From positions 26,164,001 through 26,228,000 of the forward strand of contig OX597825.1 in assembly GCA_951406725.2 (NCBI GenBank): a stretch of DNA of 64,000 nt, in the 5' to 3' direction. The notes beneath the pieces are model-generated. The model was not told the origin of the DNA. It searched no databases and was given only the letters and a program-made list of their open reading frames with translations. This DNA comes from Octopus vulgaris (taxonomy: Eukaryota). Below, piece by piece: positions 1 through 14,432 of this stretch. Each line of letters begins with the position of its first letter. Position 1 is the stretch's first letter. The translations under genes were made by a program, and so were the position numbers.

Positions 1-190
1 AACAAGGACAGACATAGGTATTAAGTCGATTACATCGACCCAGTGCGTAACTGGTACTTAGTTTATCGACCCCGAAAGGATAAAAGGCAAAGTTGACCTC
101 GGCGGAATTTGAACTCGCAACGTAACGGCAGACGAAATACCGCTGAGCATTTCGCCTGGCGCACTAACGTTTCTGCCAGCTCGCCGCCTT
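1..190 (-). mobile_element. tRNA-derived SINE (type E; Meta-like central domain), possibly truncated by the window edge
   Basis: Minus strand reads GGCGGCGAGCTGGCAGAAACGTTAG (A-box-like) ... GAGTTCAAATTCC (B-box), then GCCTTTTATCCTTTCGGGGTCGATAAACTAAGTACCAG, which resembles the conserved Meta/Sauria-type SINE central domain. Confidence 0.75.
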
Positions 191-1131
191 ACTAAAGAAA
201 TACCTAGTAGAAGTCACATGTCTCTTACAGCACAATCACAATTTTGTAAGGGGACTTACTAGGTTTTTAGCTTACATTCGCTAGTGGTGGTCAATACTGG
301 TTGGTGAGGCATAGAATACTTTTAAATTGTGTTCAACAATCTTAGACTTATATTCGTGGGACATATGTATATTAGTTTACGGTAATTTATCCTTGGGGTA
401 TTTGAAGTTACTTTGAAATATACTAAACTAAGGGAAGGCGGTAAACTTGCAATGCATTACATATTTGTTTCTTTCTAAATAGTTGCTCTAGCGTATGTGA
501 GGCATCCATGTATTTTGTATTGTATTCCAGGACAGTGGGATGGATGGAGGTGCAGTTCGCTTTGGACAGTGTATAAATTGACTTCCACAGGAATGCCATG
601 CCCAGAAAGATTATTATTTCGGCGACGTTCTACGAAGAGTCACTTAATGTGGTGTTTAGCTTTTGTTTCGTGAGTGACTAATAACGTGAGTAGAGAGTGA
701 AGAAGGGAACAGCGATTCACAAACGAATGAGTTGATGGCATATGTATAGTCTGTATCATATCGAAGAGTGATGTCCTTTCTAGGGACGATAGAACAAGTA
801 GAGAGAGAGAGATAGAGAGAGAGAGAGATGGGGGATGAGAAAATAACTTAGAGATAAAAGAGAAAGAAACAATGAAAATAAAACTATTTGTTTCTTGGCC
901 GTTTACAGGATAAGAAACAACGGAATCGGGTTTTCTGATTGTTGGATGCAAAACATATCTTCTTGAATTTCAGATGATGATGACAATGTTGTTTTTTTCC
1001 AAAAGTTTGCTAATAATTAATGGCAATGTCATCAGTATTTTTTTCTATTAATAACAACGTCACAAATTATTTTGTGGTATATTCAATTATATACATACAT
1101 ATATGTGGGTGGGTGTATACATACATAATAC

Positions 1132-1171
<40 letters not shown>

Positions 1172-1535
1172 AAAATAGGAGAAAGTAGAAAATGCTAAAA
1201 TAATATTATCATAAAGATTAAATTTTATCGTAAAAATTTTATGAAATGTTTTTTAACAATATTTCCATAGTTTTCAGATATGTGGGACATTTCCCTTTTT
1301 TCTGTCTCTGTCTCTCTCTCTTTAACTTTTGTGAAGACTCGGTTGGTAGGTAGTAACATATCTGAAGAAATATTTAATATGAGGGATGTATGTACTGGAT
1401 TTTGCTAGTTTAAGCAGCAGTAGCCGAGGAAGGAGACGCCGAAGAAGAAGAAGAAGGAGAAGAAGAAGGGGAAGAAAAAGAAAAGCAGGGAGTATGAACA
1501 GAAGAGAAAGAAGAAAATGACGTGAGTGGCATGAC

Positions 1536-1859
1536 AGATGAAATCTTCGCTTCTGAATTTTGCAAACCATCTTCTGCGAGTTATTTCATTCAAGAATTCT
1601 TTCCCATAAACGGCTGCAGAGTTTCCTTTTTTATACTCATAAAGCATTATTTGCCTCAAATGCTCTTTGGATACTTCCGTGTTAGAAAAAGTTTTAATCA
1701 AAGAAATTTTAATTCTATTATTCTGTAAATTAATATTTAATTAGTTTAAATGCAAACATAAAAATATTTTTTAATTCCATTAGACATTCTAAAATACTAC
1801 TAAATTTCATTCAATTTTAAAAACGGTAAAATCGGACAGAACTTATGGGATGAACTGAC
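1536..1859 (-). mobile_element. Mariner transposon 5' remnant (TIR plus N-terminal HTH of the transposase)
   Basis: ORF 1405..1701 begins EVSKEHLRQIMLYEYKKGNSAA..VYGKEFLNEITRRRWFAKFRSEDF, a Mos1-type HTH with an internal deletion. TIR-like CAGTTCATCCCATAAGTTCTGTCCGATTTT lies next to a (TA)n tract. Confidence 0.85.
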
Positions 1860-1861
1860 AC

Positions 1862-1926
<65 letters not shown>

Positions 1927-1979
1927 CCTATATATATATATACATATATATACATATACATATATATACATATATATAT

Positions 1980-2023
<44 letters not shown>

Positions 2024-2110
2024 TACATACATACATACATATATATATATACATATATATATATGTACATATATATATATATATATATACATACATACAT
2101 ACATATATAC
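1860..2110. repeat. (TA)n/(TACA)n compound microsatellite
   Basis: Directly visible. Confidence 0.95.
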
Positions 2111-2216
2111 TGTCATCTTGAGAAAGGAGGAGCTGGAACTGATAAGAATTGAACTGTAGACTAAATACTATGTTTCACATACTCCGACCAATTATGCATT
2201 CTGCTATGCACTTTGT

Positions 2217-2436
<220 letters not shown>

Positions 2437-4461
2437 ACTATCTACCATTTTGCTATTGATGACAATGATATTGTTAATACTGCGAGCGATAAGATAGTTG
2501 TTGATAATGCCATCGGTGAATATGTTACTGATAATACTGCTATTGGTTATGCGGCGATTGATGCTATCACTCTTGAAAATATTGATGCTGTAGAGTTTGA
2601 GAATAACACTGAGCAGCAACAATTACAAGATGAAACAGCATATAATATATATATGAATTGTTTTTCAGAGATAAAAGATTGATTGCGATATAAATAATTA
2701 TTATTTCAATATATATTTATGAAAATTTTTAAAAAATGGCCTAATCGGAGAAAAGAAAGATGAAAAGATAACAAAACAAAATGTGTTTCTACAGAAAATA
2801 TATTTATAACATATAATGATAGGAATATAGTAATTCTCACTCTAGATCGTTGGAGAAATGATGAGAAATAAAGAAAGAGAGAAAACACAGAGTGAGGGTA
2901 TAAAATGTATGAAAGTGAGGAAAAAGACGAGGAGATAAAGGATAGCATACTATTTGATGCGGAGATGAAAGAAAGATCAAGTATGAAAGTATGAGATTAA
3001 CGAACGTGGAGATAATTATATCAGACATTGGTATGTCTGAATCGATAATTTCAATGGCTGAAGAATATATTCATTCTCCAGCTTATAAACAATTGTTTTC
3101 TACAATTTATACGATGGTTAATTTTAAATCAACGTATATGCATATACTAAATTGATAGTAACATTCATGAATTTATGTTCCATTTTATTATGGCCATACC
3201 TGAATGCTGCTTACAGCCAGCAACATATATCCACAACCATTTTAACATTAGCATACAAGAAATAATGAGATTGATATTGACACAAAAATATATCACAGTA
3301 ATTTTAATGTACATAAATGTAAAACATTTATGAGCATATATGAAGGCATCAGAGTGCTAGCACAATGCACCTGTCTACCACTGTCTTGTCAGTAGAGCTA
3401 CAGAACACGTCCGTGAGTGTCTATGGTAACACCAAACAAACATTAACAAGCTGTAACGTATCACGTTGTTATCATTATATATAGATATGTTCGGAAAGTG
3501 ATATGAATAAACACGATGTGACACAACTACCATAAAATGAATCATATTTTGATCCATATTCTATACATCACGCCTACCGATTGACATATTGAAACATATT
3601 GAATAATTATTGATGCCCCACATTGCCAGAGCATTATAGGTAACCAACACCAGTTATATTGACATGAATGCCCATATTAAAAGCACATGGGGGGTCTCTG
3701 CATCATATTTTATTTACTAGGCTTATGGTTTCATATCTAAAATCCTCTTACGACACGAAGAGGTAAAAATGGAGAAATTCTTTGTCCTACCATTTTTATT
3801 ATCGAAAAGAAAACAAAATTGTACTGGCATATCTCAGTTTTTTTCAGTTTTTGCTTATGGTATTGGAGAGGTTTTAACTTTATTAGATTTCGCAATTTCC
3901 TCGCACCCTTTTCCCGCAAGCAACGACCTCTGATGAAAAGTATATATCTAGAACATCAAGAACTAATCTCTTTAATATGGTGTTAACATTCACTTGTGTA
4001 GATTCCCCCAAAATTACTTCTTACTTCCTGCTTCTCCCCTGTCCCACCTTGTAGTTTTGCTGCCAAATTTAGCAATACATACAGTTTACTAATCGTTAAC
4101 ACTAAACAAAGAAAGTGTGAACCGAATCGTTACGTTGAACGAATTTTTAAACATAAAAAAATTGACCTCAAGGATTACAACACACTGCTGCCCACGGAAT
4201 TCAAATGTGAATCAAATGATTATTTTAAACGTTGGAGTATATCATTGTCTCTATTCACATAACAATATATATATATATATACAGTTCCATTTGACAATTC
4301 CACCAGAATGGACGAACGCGCTAATATATGATATATGATATAAGTTATATGATGTATAAAAACATGTAATATACAAATAAATATCTGTAAATTTAAAACC
4401 ATCCGAAATTCTGAGAACCTCATTTCTTCTAATATAAAATACCTGTACATCATCTTCAAAC

Positions 4462-4508
<47 letters not shown>

Positions 4509-5842
4509 TAAATATGCATGTTTCTATTTATGTATGTGCATTTTCTTTGAGTAAATATTTTTCACTACAAGGAAATGATCGGCAACTGTTCTGTGTATAT
4601 TAATTAGGAATATGCGATTACTGTTATCCTTCACAAGAAGCGCTTCATTAAGGTTTAAATATTGAGTTACGTTTAATGCTGAAATACCGGAAGCGATAAT
4701 GTGTAGTTGTTTGTGAGTTTACTCGCACTGCCTGGGGAGTTGTAGACTGGCTACATTTGAAATTGGACTAATTAAATAGCTGGTTATAGAAATGAACTAC
4801 GTCATGTGGTGTAATATTTCATGTGTTTACTGAAAATATTTCTTATGGATATTTACATCAGTTTAGACCGTAAGGTATGGATATATACATGTAAACAAAT
4901 ATGTATACGGATTAAAATATAGATATTATCACACGATGTATAACTAGTAAAGGTATCCTTAGCTACTTCACATTGAAAGCCATTCATATCTTAATGTAGA
5001 GGTGAATATTTTTATTTTTAGTTTCATAGTGTCAATTTTCTTTCGAGTTCGTTCCTTATATAATATGTAAAAGAAGACAGCCTCGTTAAAAGCGAATTCC
5101 TTTCGTGTTGAAGTCCTCTCTCGATAAAATGATCCAAACTTCCTTAATTTTTAGAAAAACAAATGATAAGGAAGCAATTTATCAAAACAAGCTAATTACC
5201 TATTACAATCTTCATAGAAGCACGCATTCTTCCTTTTTAGCATATGAAGCATACGATACTGTTACTTATGTGCTTCAGAATATAATTTAAAAACCAGTTC
5301 TGATTTAAAAGAATGGGATAAATGGTGAAACGGTAACCATAAGAGGTTTAAAATGTTAGTCAAAGTAAATCACTCCCCACGCAATGTTCATGACACCGAT
5401 GCCGTTATTGTTTAATATGAACGCCTGAGGATCCATGTAGAGTATATGTAATTAAGTTAGTGAGAAAACTAAAAGGGATTGCATTTTCTAGATGACATCT
5501 ACCCAAACATGCTAAGGGTTGCAGTAACACAGCCTGCAATAGATATTGTCCTTGGTCAACACACTCGTCTTCAAACCTTTGCAGTCTCCGAACTATGTAT
5601 AGAAACATTGATATACGTGACAATTCCCATAGTAAGCAGTAGGATAAATGTTAAATGAAAGGTTGCTTTTTTTTGTCTTAATTCTAACATTATATCAACT
5701 AATGTATGATAAGATGCCAAGTGAGTATGGAGTGCTAGCAATAAATTTCATGATCTAAATATTCATTGCAAAATTCTCTTTACGTTTTGAAGTTACGAAT
5801 AAAAACGCTAAAAAATCATCTACGCTAACTATCTAGAGGTAT

Positions 5843-6349
5843 GTGACCTCCTTCGGTCAAGAATGACCATGGAATTGCACCTAGAAAGTTACCTTCCGAG
5901 GTACAAGTCTGGGCAAGGTTTTTTCATGGAAGACCAGCAGTAGCCAATGCATACCAGTCTCCCCTCTCCACACCACCAATGTTTTCCAAGGGAAAGGCAG
6001 AGGCCGATACAGCTTGGCACCAGTGACATCACAGCTGATTTATTAACGTGCAAGTAGCTGAGAACACCGGAGACACGTGTACCCTTAAGGTAGTTCTCGA
6101 GGAGATTCAGCGTGACACGGAGTGTGACAAGACTGGCCCTTTGAAATACAGGTACAACAGAAACAGGAAGAAAGAGTGAGAAAGTTGTGGTGAAAGAGTA
6201 CAGCAGGGTTCACCACCACCCCCGCCGTAGGCTCGTGGAGCTTTAGGTGTTTTCGCTCAATAAACACTCACAATGCCCGGTCTGGGAATGGAAACCGCGA
6301 TCCCACGACCGCGAGTCCGCTGCCCTAACCACTGGGCCATTGCGCGTCC
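5843..6349 (-). mobile_element. Chimeric SINE (type-B head and body plus type-C tail) with 12-bp TSD
   Basis: 6349->6043 matches the SINE at 19417-19796. 6042->5843 matches the tail of the SINE at 23330-23625. ATCTAGAGGTAT flanks both sides (5831-5842 and 6350-6361). Confidence 0.85.
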
Positions 6350-7511
6350 ATCTAGAGGTATAGTTAGCAATTATCGTGCTTGTCTCATAAGAGAAAATAA
6401 ATATAATTTTCTAAGGCGTTCATGATGTCGTGTGCAAATACGTAGATGACAACTGCCATTATTATGAAACTCTTACCGATGATGGTTTTTCATTTTTTTC
6501 TTCTAGGCTTGTAAAACTAACTATTGCTAATTACATATATTTCATATAACTCTGTGATAAGTAATTTTCATTCAACACCTTAATTTTGCTGGCTTGTCAT
6601 TGCCTTCAAAAGAAAAAAATCTGAATGAATAGCCAGCATGTAACTAGTTCCAACCTAGTGTTTGTGTGTAGAGTAGTATCTGAAGGGTTTAGGAGTAGAC
6701 GATTTCTTTCTTACTCAACGGCCAGAGAATATGGCGTACAGTTTTTGTAACACTTGTTTAACCTCTATGGCTGTATATAGTTTCTGCTCACATCCTATAG
6801 TAATGCTAAACTGATACTATTTTTTGAGTTTGTTATGAATAAAGCAAAGGGAACTCGTGTTAATGTATTTGTCACGAAAATCTCATAGAAATATTATGTT
6901 AAGTAACACCAATATAACCCACATCCGATGTCCGGCAGTAAGATAGGAAATGTGTCCTCGATCGACATACTAGAAACGGTGTCTAAGCTTCACTCGAATC
7001 ACACCTTAGTGTCTTAAAGTGCTGAAGGCCGTGCTCCAACCTTCTAACTGACGATTATTTGGAGTGGTCAAGCTTAAAAGTCTTTGCTCTTAAGGTCTAT
7101 CCTTTATAGTAAACATGGCAGTAGACAACAATAAACTATTTCTCTAAATCTTTAAGTTATAACATGATTGATGTAATATATTGCGAAGGACTACACTGCA
7201 TTCGATATCTCATTATCTTGAAGTTCTGAAACGGTAAGCAGATGTGCAAAAAGACATTATACCTCTCTGGAAGGAATAAGTAACTAACAGACATAATATC
7301 TAGCATAGCTGAAATGTATTGCGTTCACGATAATTATACGGTAAGTTCGTAACTTCCGTTACTTTCGTCACATTCATTTTGATGAAAAGAGTTGGTCGTA
7401 TTTCATCGCGTTAAACCCTACAAAGTCTAAGTGAGTGTTAATACTTTAATACTTTTTTAGTTGCTTGCTTTGTAGTGGGCAGACATATCGTTCTTCAACT
7501 TCCATCTCCAA

Positions 7512-7887
7512 TACTCTTTTACTTGCTTCAGTCATTTGACTGCGGCCATGCTGGAACACCCATACTTATTCTTTGCAAGCCCAGTACTTAATCTATCGGT
7601 CTATTTTGCCGAACCGCTAAGTGACGGGGACGTAAACACACCAGCATCAGTTGTCAAGCAATGCTAGGGGGACAAACACAGGCCCACAAACACACAGACA
7701 TACATATATATACATATATACGACAGGCTTCTTTCAGTTTCCGTCTACCAAATCCACTCACAAGACATTGGTCGGCCCGGGGCTATAGCAGAAGACACTT
7801 GCCCAAGGTGCCACGCAGTGGGACTGAACCCGGAACCATGTGGTTGGTTAGCAAGCTACTTACCACACAGCCACTCCTGCGCCTATA
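7512..7887 (-). mobile_element. tRNA-derived SINE type A (internal microsatellite), small internal deletion
   Basis: High identity to the copies at 29295, 36328, 39967, 52515 and 60481. Head GGAGTGGCTGTGTGGTAAG (A box) ... GGTTCAGTCCC (B box). Confidence 0.9.
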
Positions 7888-8029
7888 AAATAATTTTATA
7901 TATTTCCATGTTGAAATAGGTATATTCTCATCAGAAGAACTGATATTTTCGGTAAAATTCAGAAAACTGATATTTCATTACAATTACACGGAAGGATTTT
8001 GTAAAAGGACAAAGTATATGATTATATGA

Positions 8030-8231
8030 TGCAGCACGGAATTTTTTCAGTGAACAGGTCGCGGTCTCAAAGCGACGAACATATTTTGGCAAATTAAATT
8101 TAAATGTTGAAGTGAATCTAACGGTTTTTGTGTTTCTTAAATGGCTTATAAAGACCTTCCACACCGCAATTGTTTTCGTTCCAGCACACGATCTTAGATT
8201 AGGTCACTTGCTATGCAAGTACATCTCCGTA
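8030..8231 (+). mobile_element. Short non-coding repeat with a degenerate hammerhead-like motif, 3' end abutting (TA)n; probable Penelope-type pLTR remnant
   Basis: GTGAACA-G-GTCGC..GCGAC-GAAC-ATAT-TT at 8050-8086. A diverged reverse-orientation homolog of 8130-8230 lies at about 60170-60270. Confidence 0.5.
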
Positions 8232-8862
8232 ATATATATATATATACATACATACATACATAGATACACTCGTACACGTACACACAGATACAAACACGCA
8301 CACACACACACACACATATGCGTGTATTTTTGCGTGTCTGTGTGCGTGTGCGTATGGTGTGGTGTGTGTTTGTGTGTGTGTGTGAATAGGGATGTGGAAA
8401 TTATTATACGGAAAGGTAACTTTCCGGAACAGTAATATTTTTCTTTTAAATTAGTAATATTTTTCGTAATAAAAAATCGGAACCCATAAATTCCTCCAGT
8501 TAATATTCAGTAGATTCCCGAAGGGATAATCATTATAAAACTGCATTGAATATTTTATTATACGTCTTAATCATTAAATCTTTCTGATGTTTCATTTTAT
8601 TATTATTTCTATGAATTATTTGACTGAGAAAAATATGTCTCGTAATATTAGCTGAGAGCAAAAGCCAACAAAAAAGCAAATTTGTAATATTGTATTTTGG
8701 CAGCATGTAATGTGACACAAGTTAATTTTCTGTGATGCTGCAGACTTGCATAGAAACAAATTGAGAACAAATGAGTATTAATGATAATAATAATAATAAT
8801 TGTCTTACTATTGGCACAAGTTAAGAAATTAAAAAGAAATATCGTTTGTTAGATCACATACA

Positions 8863-8909
<47 letters not shown>

Positions 8910-9765
8910 ACACAGACACAGACACACACACATATACATACCGAAGGCTTAGAAAAACTACCGAACGAGGACTGATGTAAACAATGTATTTACATTGCAG
9001 CCTATTTATTGAAATATTCAGTTGGTAATTAATGAATGTTTAGTCAGAAAGCATCCAATGATAAAATAAATAAAATAAAATATAAACAAAGCGGAAAAGA
9101 AAAAGGTCGCATGCTTAATTGGTTGTAATATATTCTAGAGGAAACTTCCCTCTATCAGAAGCTCAAACATCAACTCATGCCCTGTAATAGTTATGGAAAC
9201 ATATCATACTCTCTCATCTCACTCACAACTACAATCGTTTGTATATTACACGCTTTACCATCATTATATATTTGGTGGTGATTAGGGAAACGCGATTGAC
9301 TTTACTAGTGCTAATCTGCTTGCTGGTTATGTCGAAGGTAATTCCAGTACCTCCTTCATTGAATTCCCTCGGAGATACAAAGTTGATATATCAATATAAG
9401 TTTTGTTATTGCTTCCCTACTCCATAACGGTGTAACACTTTCATCTACATCTTGAACACGTTTTACTCTACATTAATTGTCTTTTTTCCGCTTATTCTTC
9501 TGACAATTTTAACATCTTTGGAACTAAGCGATTTTTGTACATTGTTCTTCCAAAAACCCCACTAAGTTAACTCCTATCTTCATTTCACCTCATCCTATCC
9601 ATTTATACAGAGCACGCAATCAACCACTCACAATCCTTCCGTTTGCATCGCCCTTGCAACGATGAATATAACTTCAAAAGACATTTGCGTAGAATGCTTC
9701 GTTATTACACTCGACGTGGTTACTCACAGCCATTACGTAACACTGCTAGCTATCGTGTATATTGT

Positions 9766-10062
9766 GGAGGCACATGTCCTAGTGGGTAGAGCAACAGACT
9801 CTCGGTCGAGGGATTGCGAGTTCGAATCTCAGATCTGGTGATGTGTGTGTTTATGACCGAAAACACCTAAACTCCACGCGGCTCCGGCAGACGGTAATAG
9901 CGAACTTCTGCTGACCCTTTCGCCACAACTTCCTATCACTTTTTCCTACTGCATCTTGCAGCTCACCTGTGACGGACAGGTGGAGAACCTATACGCCAAG
10001 AAACCGGGAAACTGGCCCTTATTAGCCAGGCATGGCTCGAGAAGTAACAAACAAACAAACAA
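9766..10062 (+). mobile_element. tRNA-derived SINE type D with (CAAA)n tail and 14-bp TSD
   Basis: A/B-box head (GAGTTCGAATCTC). TSD ATCGTGTATATTGT at 9752-9765 and 10063-10076. Homolog at 34346-34626. Confidence 0.9.
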
Positions 10063-11069
10063 ATCGTGTATATTGTCGTAGCTATCATTCTGCAACTCCT
10101 ACTCAACGAAAACAGATTTTGCTCTTTCTCGACCTTAATAAAGCACACCATCGTAGCATGACAACACACTATCCTACAATTCCTTAATCTTACCATGCTG
10201 TTTCGTACATCTTTCCTGACCTGCTAATTTCTTTCCTTGAAACATTAATGTCATGTCCGTGATATTCTGGACCGCAAATATCCTACAGAAGCCGGACAGA
10301 TAATTTCATCCCGCATACTGCAACCTTCATATCAGTGATCGTTACTCTTCTTACCTCTAGTGTCACTGATAGATTTAACATATACTGCCAGCACATATTC
10401 ATCGTATATATCTCTTGTTTTCATGAAACCTGTTTAATATTGACCGGTTAGATACCGGATGGTTTCGAACTGTAATTCCTACTCTCAAATGTAATGGACG
10501 TTCTCACGTCTATTGCATCGCTTACTGAGGCAGTTTACACAATGGGAAAACAAACTGAATTTGTGTACAAAATTTGTGTCGTTTAATAACATAATAATTG
10601 TATAAACCGTGGCCAACAGCCCGAATAAATAACTGATTTCCCTTAATTTAGTAAAACATTTCTGAATTCTCTTTCCTTGACAGACAACTAACCTAATAAC
10701 CATAAACAATAAATAAAAAATGGTATATGTTAGATATTTCCTTCTGTTATAATGTGGAATCTGCTTTACCAAAAAAAAAAAATGTGAAGATCTCTTGTAG
10801 TGCGAGGAAGCCAAACAATGAGATAAATAAATATAGGAAATTTACTCACAATGAGGATGAATCATAAACACAGAAGAGGAATTGACGGAGGTGGAGGCAA
10901 AGGGACAGAGGAAAAATAGAAGTAGGAGAAGGAGGATGAGAAGGAGAGACATAATTAAAGACATAATTATTGGACGAGTTCAAATTTTGCTGAGATTGGT
11001 TTTCGACGGAATGAATTGTGATTATGTTTAATAAAATTTAGAATAACTATCACATGCATTTATTATGCA

Positions 11070-12120
11070 GACTGAGACAGTGATCTTCACAGGAAACACG
11101 TCACTGCAATTTGCATGTTAGTGGAATATTACTGAGACAAGTGGGGAATTTTAAATATGTCGGGACCGCATTCACACGTTATGCGAAGCAGGAGGCTGAA
11201 ATGTTTGTTAGAGTTGTAAGTGCTGGTCCAGTAATGCGTCAGCTCCAGAATTTCATCTTCAAACGAGGACGGATAGTAAAAAAAAAATGCCAAAGGCATT
11301 AACTTCATTTCGGTTTTCCTATCTATCCCAGCGTATAATTCAACAATAACTTGTTTTAGTCACGGGTTTGTGGTCATGCTGGAGCATCGCTTTGACCAGA
11401 TTTACTCGAATGACTCGAGACCGGTACTTATTTCTCTTAAAGCCTGGTCCTTATTCTAAAGGTCTTCTAGTGAATTGTTAATTTACTGGGACGTAAACAC
11501 ACCCACACCGATTGTCTAGCTGTGGTGACGAACAGAGACACACAGATAAAATTTGAGGGGATTCTTTCTGTTTCGTCTAGCAAATCTATTCAAAAGGCGT
11601 TACTCAACGGGCTGGATACTATAGTAGGAGATACTTGCGCAAGGTGCCAGACAGTGGGATTGAACCCGGAACCATGTTGTTGGGAAGCAAACTTCTTACC
11701 ACAGAGTCACGTCTGAACCTATAATCATAAATGTTGGGTAACGACGGGAGAAGCGCAACCTCGAATGCAAACGGCCGAAAAGGGATTCCTATGCAGAGTC
11801 TGTGGAGTAACTTTACTCGACATGTTGTGCAGCTTGGGGATGAAGGAATATCTCCAGGTCGAATCGCAACTTAACTGCATTGAGAGATCACTACTAGGGT
11901 ACGACAGCCATGTGACTAGAATATCACAGGAAGGAATGGCAAGACACCATGCGCAACCGAATCTAAGCGGCATTCGAAGTACACCAAGAACGACATGGCG
12001 GAATATATATATGCGTACTTTCAGTTGGGCATACATGGGAATACAGCCGGGAAATCTAATGAGGTTTGCTTCTGTAGGACCTTTTTGACTGGTGTCTCTA
12101 CCCTCATGACTCACCCATGA
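11070..12120 (+). pseudogene. RTE-clade LINE reverse transcriptase C-terminal remnant, interrupted by a SINE
   Basis: LRQVGNFKYVGTAFT (ORF 11111) and QTAEKGFLCRVCGVTLLD...IERSLLGYDSHVTRI..RSTPRTTW (ORF 11765) match the RTE thumb and C-terminal motifs. Confidence 0.85.
11348..11722 (-). mobile_element. SINE type A, older diverged copy nested in the RTE remnant
   Basis: Colinear similarity to the other type-A copies; lacks the internal microsatellite. Confidence 0.8.
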
Positions 12121-14094
12121 ATAGTAGAAAAGATGAGTGGGGTGGCATAAGACATTCCATTTATTTAATTTTGAATATTGAAATATACTCCGTCATTTTG
12201 TATAAGGGCCACTGAGAAATTTGATAAACGTTAATTCATAATTATTGCATCTAGGCTATATTTCTTGATATTACCCAAAGTGGGAATTGCATTCCTCCAT
12301 AGTCATCCGTCACATGACGGATAACTCTCTAGTGGTCGCAACAGCCATCATTTAGAAAAAAAATAAATTATACAGTTTCCTTTAGACTGCAAATACGTAA
12401 ATGGGAACTCTTTCAGAAAATTACGCAAATTTCTGATTACAGTGCCTTGTTTGTATGTGATATAAATGGGAATAGAATTAATTCGAATAATGAAATAATA
12501 TTTCTATGAGTCGTTATTCAGATGCACTAAGAAAGACGGAAGAGGAAAGGAAACCTAACTAGAAATATTGGAAGCGAATGAGACTGAGCTTTGGAGAGAT
12601 AAATGTTGAGAACAAGTTGATAAAATGTGTGAGAGAAAGAATGAGAGAATAGTGTAGGGAGGTTAGATTCAAAGAGAGAGGCTGAAGGTGATATAAAAGG
12701 CGGAACAATGAGAGAAAAGGACAAAGGAAATAGAAAGGGCTGCTCTTTTACTATAGTGAGATAACGAAATATTTTGATTTCCATAATGCTAAATGTTATT
12801 AGGTTATCTAATTGCAAGTTGAAAGCTGGAGTTAAAATTCCCCATTCACAAAAGATGTAAATGAGTGTGAAAGCCTCTATAGGTTGATAAAGTTCTGTAA
12901 CGCAGAGAACTTGCAAATGCAGATAACCAAATAAATGAATAACTAAAATGTAAATACAACTAATAATCTGTGACATTAGTAGCGTTATTTCATATTTCAA
13001 ATTGATTAACCTTATTGACAGCATCATCAACTTCAAACTTGGTTATATCAGGAAATGTGTGAGCACGAAGCGTTTGGATGACGTGTTTAGTCGCTCATCA
13101 TTATTCTCTCCACACACAGAACTCTAATTAAGATATAGATATGATTTAATATGTACTAAAGCGGTCCACATATATACTATAAGGAATCAAAACTGATAAT
13201 ATTTTCATTTTGAACGCGTATTTTTGAAACATAATATGACAATGAAACCACTGAAGGTCTTAATGCCGACTTATGTTTTATGCATAACAATTGTAGTGTA
13301 GTGTCTATATACATTGGTAGACCGGTGCAAATTATGAAAATTCTAGTCTATTCTTGTGGACTTAAGGATATTTAGTATCCGTGTGAATAGAAAATATATC
13401 GTATATATTAGAATAAAATTGATATGAGAATACGTACGTATAGCACGCGTCCCGCTTCCAATTCATCTTGTATATGAATTCAATTTTAGTATATACTTAG
13501 AGATATTGACCAAAGGAAGAATATCACCACTTCACCTTCTCTACTTTCTGACATAGGAAGGAGCTCGTTTTATTGGTGCAGTGTAACGTTTCCGAATGAG
13601 GCGTTTGGGTTATCAAACACTGAGAAATATTTTTTGTAGTTTCACAAATTGAATAGGATAGGAGGAATAATAATCTTTCTAAATGTCTACGGCTGTTCCA
13701 AAGTAGACATAAAATAGCTCTCAACATTTACTTAATGTTTGTTTTTGACGGTATTTCTTTATATTCTCTTGCTCTTCTGCATTTCGGTCATGTAATAAAT
13801 AAACTGTATGAAAGCATAAGTATTTACTTGATTAGGGACCTAGCAGAATCTTTAGACTCTTATAGACACATGTAAAAGAAAACGTCGCTGTACGGATATG
13901 AATACGGAATATAATAAGATACCTCAGAGTCGTTAGAAGTTAAACCGAACATAACGTATATACACACATATTTTAAAAGAGAATACTTCAAGAGTTTAAG
14001 ATATCATAAAACTAATATGGTCGTGATCTCAATAAAGTTTTCAAACCAGAATCAATCAGGTTTCATCGAGCACTCAGCTACATGCCCTCTTTCC

Positions 14095-14432
14095 AATATC
14101 TCACACAATGACTAAGAAGTTGGCTTAGCAACTCTGGTGTCTCTGATCCACTTACATTGCGTGGCGGTTTGGAGAAAGTGTCTATTAAAACAGACTTAGG
14201 TCGACAGAGTCCTTGTTAATGAAGTTATTTTGTCTGATACAACGTGAATGGATTTGCTGTAATTGTAAGGCCAAGCCCCACATACATTATGTCACGCTGA
14301 TTCATCCTGAGAATTGATATAAAGGTTATGTGCCTGAGGAATACTCAATATCCTTCAATGATATTTATTCGAAATGTGTATTCACTTGGTAGAACGATTC
14401 AGTAGTCGTCGTCGAAATCGACGGAGGATTCC
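14095..14432 (+). mobile_element. Highly decayed SINE (type-A-like head, type-B-like tail)
   Basis: Weak matches such as TGTCACGCTGATTCATCCTGAGAA and GTCGTCGTCGAAATCGACGGAG to the tail of the 19417 SINE. Confidence 0.45.

Noticed and set aside
3922-3965. CTGATGA followed by GAAC-ATC
   Set aside because: Stems I and II do not pair convincingly.
6250-6349. tRNA-like sequences here and at 9766, 19417 and 23330
   Set aside because: They are SINE heads with A/B boxes continuing into SINE bodies, not tRNA genes.
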